From contig CAVQQD010000002.1 in NCBI GenBank assembly GCA_963714975.1, positions 1,120,001-1,184,000 of the forward strand: a stretch of DNA of 64,000 nt, read 5' to 3'. Positions 62,554-64,000 of this stretch are shown here, piece by piece (positions within the stretch are counted from its first letter, which is position 1; each line of letters begins with the position of its first letter). Both the position numbers and the translations under genes were made by a program. This stretch comes from an uncultured Gammaproteobacteria bacterium. Lineage in GTDB: Bacteria > Pseudomonadota > Gammaproteobacteria > JAURND01. A model generated the notes under the pieces. The model was not told the DNA's origin. It saw only the letters and a list, made by a program, of their open reading frames with translations, and ran no database searches.

Positions 62554-64000
62554 CTATTCCTTTTCTAGATCAGTGAAACTAATAAGCCTTTCCGCACGGC
62601 TGGGATGACGCAATTTACGTAGCGCTTTAGCCTCAATTTGACGAATGCGTTCGCGGGTGACATCAAATTGCTTTCCTACTTCTTCTAAGGTGTGATCCGT
62701 ATTCATATCAATACCAAAGCGCATACGCAAGACTTTAGCTTCGCGCGTGGTGAGAGAAGAAAGCACATCCTTAATTGCTTGTTGCAAACCAGCAATCGTC
62801 GCCGCATCAATGGGCGATTCTTGATCACCTTCAATAAAATCACCTAAATGAGAATCATCATCGCCATCTTGCCCAATCGGGGTTTCCATCGATATAGGTT
62901 CTTTAGCAATTTTCATTACTTTACGAATCTTATCCTCGCTCATCTCCATTAAAACGCTGAGTTCTTCTGGGGTGGGTTCTTGACCAGTCTCTTGCAAAAT
63001 TTGTCGCAGCAATGCGGCTCAACTTATTGATTGTCTCAATCATGTGAACCGGAATGCGGATGGTACGGGCTTGATCTGCAATTGAACGAGTAATGGCTTG
63101 ACGAATCCACCAGGTGGCATAAGTTGAAAATTTATATCCGCGGCGATATTCAAATTTATCGACCGCTTTCATCAAACCAATGTTACCTTCCTGAATTAAA
63201 TCCAAAAATTGCAAACCTCGGTTCGTATATTTTTTCGCAATTGAAATGACCAAACGCAGATTAGCTTCAATCATTTCTTTTTTCGCACGTCGTGCTTTCG
63301 CCTCCCCAATCGACAAGCGACGATTAATTTCTCTAATCTCGGGTATCATTAACCCTGCTTCTTCTTCTAGTGCAATCAATTTTCGTTGCAATCGAGCTAC
63401 ATCTTGCGCGAATGGTTTTAACAAAGATGCTCGATTTTTATGGATTTTGATATAAGAATCAAACCATTCTAAATTGGTTTCATTGTTGGGAAAAGAACCA
63501 ATAAAAGATTTGCGGGGAGTATTACCTTGAACGACACTAATATTTAAAATAGCTCGCTCATGCGCCCGTACCTGATCCAGCATGTCGCGTATCTTGCGGA
63601 TTTGGCGGGAAAATAATTTAGGTGCTAATTTACATCCTGAAAATACCTCTTGCAGCTTTTTCAAAGCTTGATCAGTATTTTGATGTTTCTTACCATACTG
63701 ATTGCGTGCAGCTAGATATCCCTGCTGCAATGCGGCCAATTCCTGAAAATATTGCTTGGCGACTTCAGGATCTGGGCCGGTATCGAGTATTCCACCTTCT
63801 TCTCCTCCACCACCGCCTTCTTCATCTTCCTCTTCTGCTCCAGCAGGCAAAGCAGCCACTTCTTCTGGCATTGGAAGCTCACCTACCACCTCAGTGCTAG
63901 CTTCTTCACTGGCTAAGAAACCAGTAATCACATCACTTAAGCGCTTTTCATCTTTTAAAGCTTTTCCATATTCTGATAATACCGAATCAATAATCTTGGG
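62554..64000 (-). CDS. rpoD: RNA polymerase sigma70 RpoD, 5'-partial, apparent 1-nt insertion near 63010
   Basis: [34 protein letters not shown], then [10 protein letters not shown] in another frame. Confidence 0.96.

Overview
Chromosomal window from a Legionellales/Coxiellales-like gammaproteobacterium (inferred from gene content, PmrA-type boxes and effector-like genes). Housekeeping blocks are tRNA-Cys/Leu, fumC, ffs-dnaX-ybaB-recR-ygfZ, lysS, prfB, grpE-dnaK-dnaJ, ccmA-F, tatD, tRNA-Ile2 and rpoD. Between them lie eukaryote-like or orphan effector candidates: a TKL-type kinase, an ankyrin protein, a HEAT-like protein and five tandem membrane paralogs. A decaying ~15 kb island bounded by a 45-bp duplication of the tRNA-Ile(CAU) 3' end carries BrnTA, a formyltransferase-initiated two-module NRPS, and an IS1380-interrupted cyclodipeptide synthase (CDPS) translationally coupled to a PQ-loop/PAS/histidine kinase; this pair is the best candidate for an undescribed (cyclic-dipeptide signalling) system. 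Other notable structure: a reciprocally degenerated tandem duplication leaving two SRP RNA genes, an apparent lysS inversion, an orphan bufferin-like peptide cassette between 145-bp structured inverted repeats, and many palindromic REP/MITE-like elements, several translated inside proteins. Several single-base frameshifts, including one in rpoD, may be assembly errors. All family calls are by-eye motif recognition; no searches were run.
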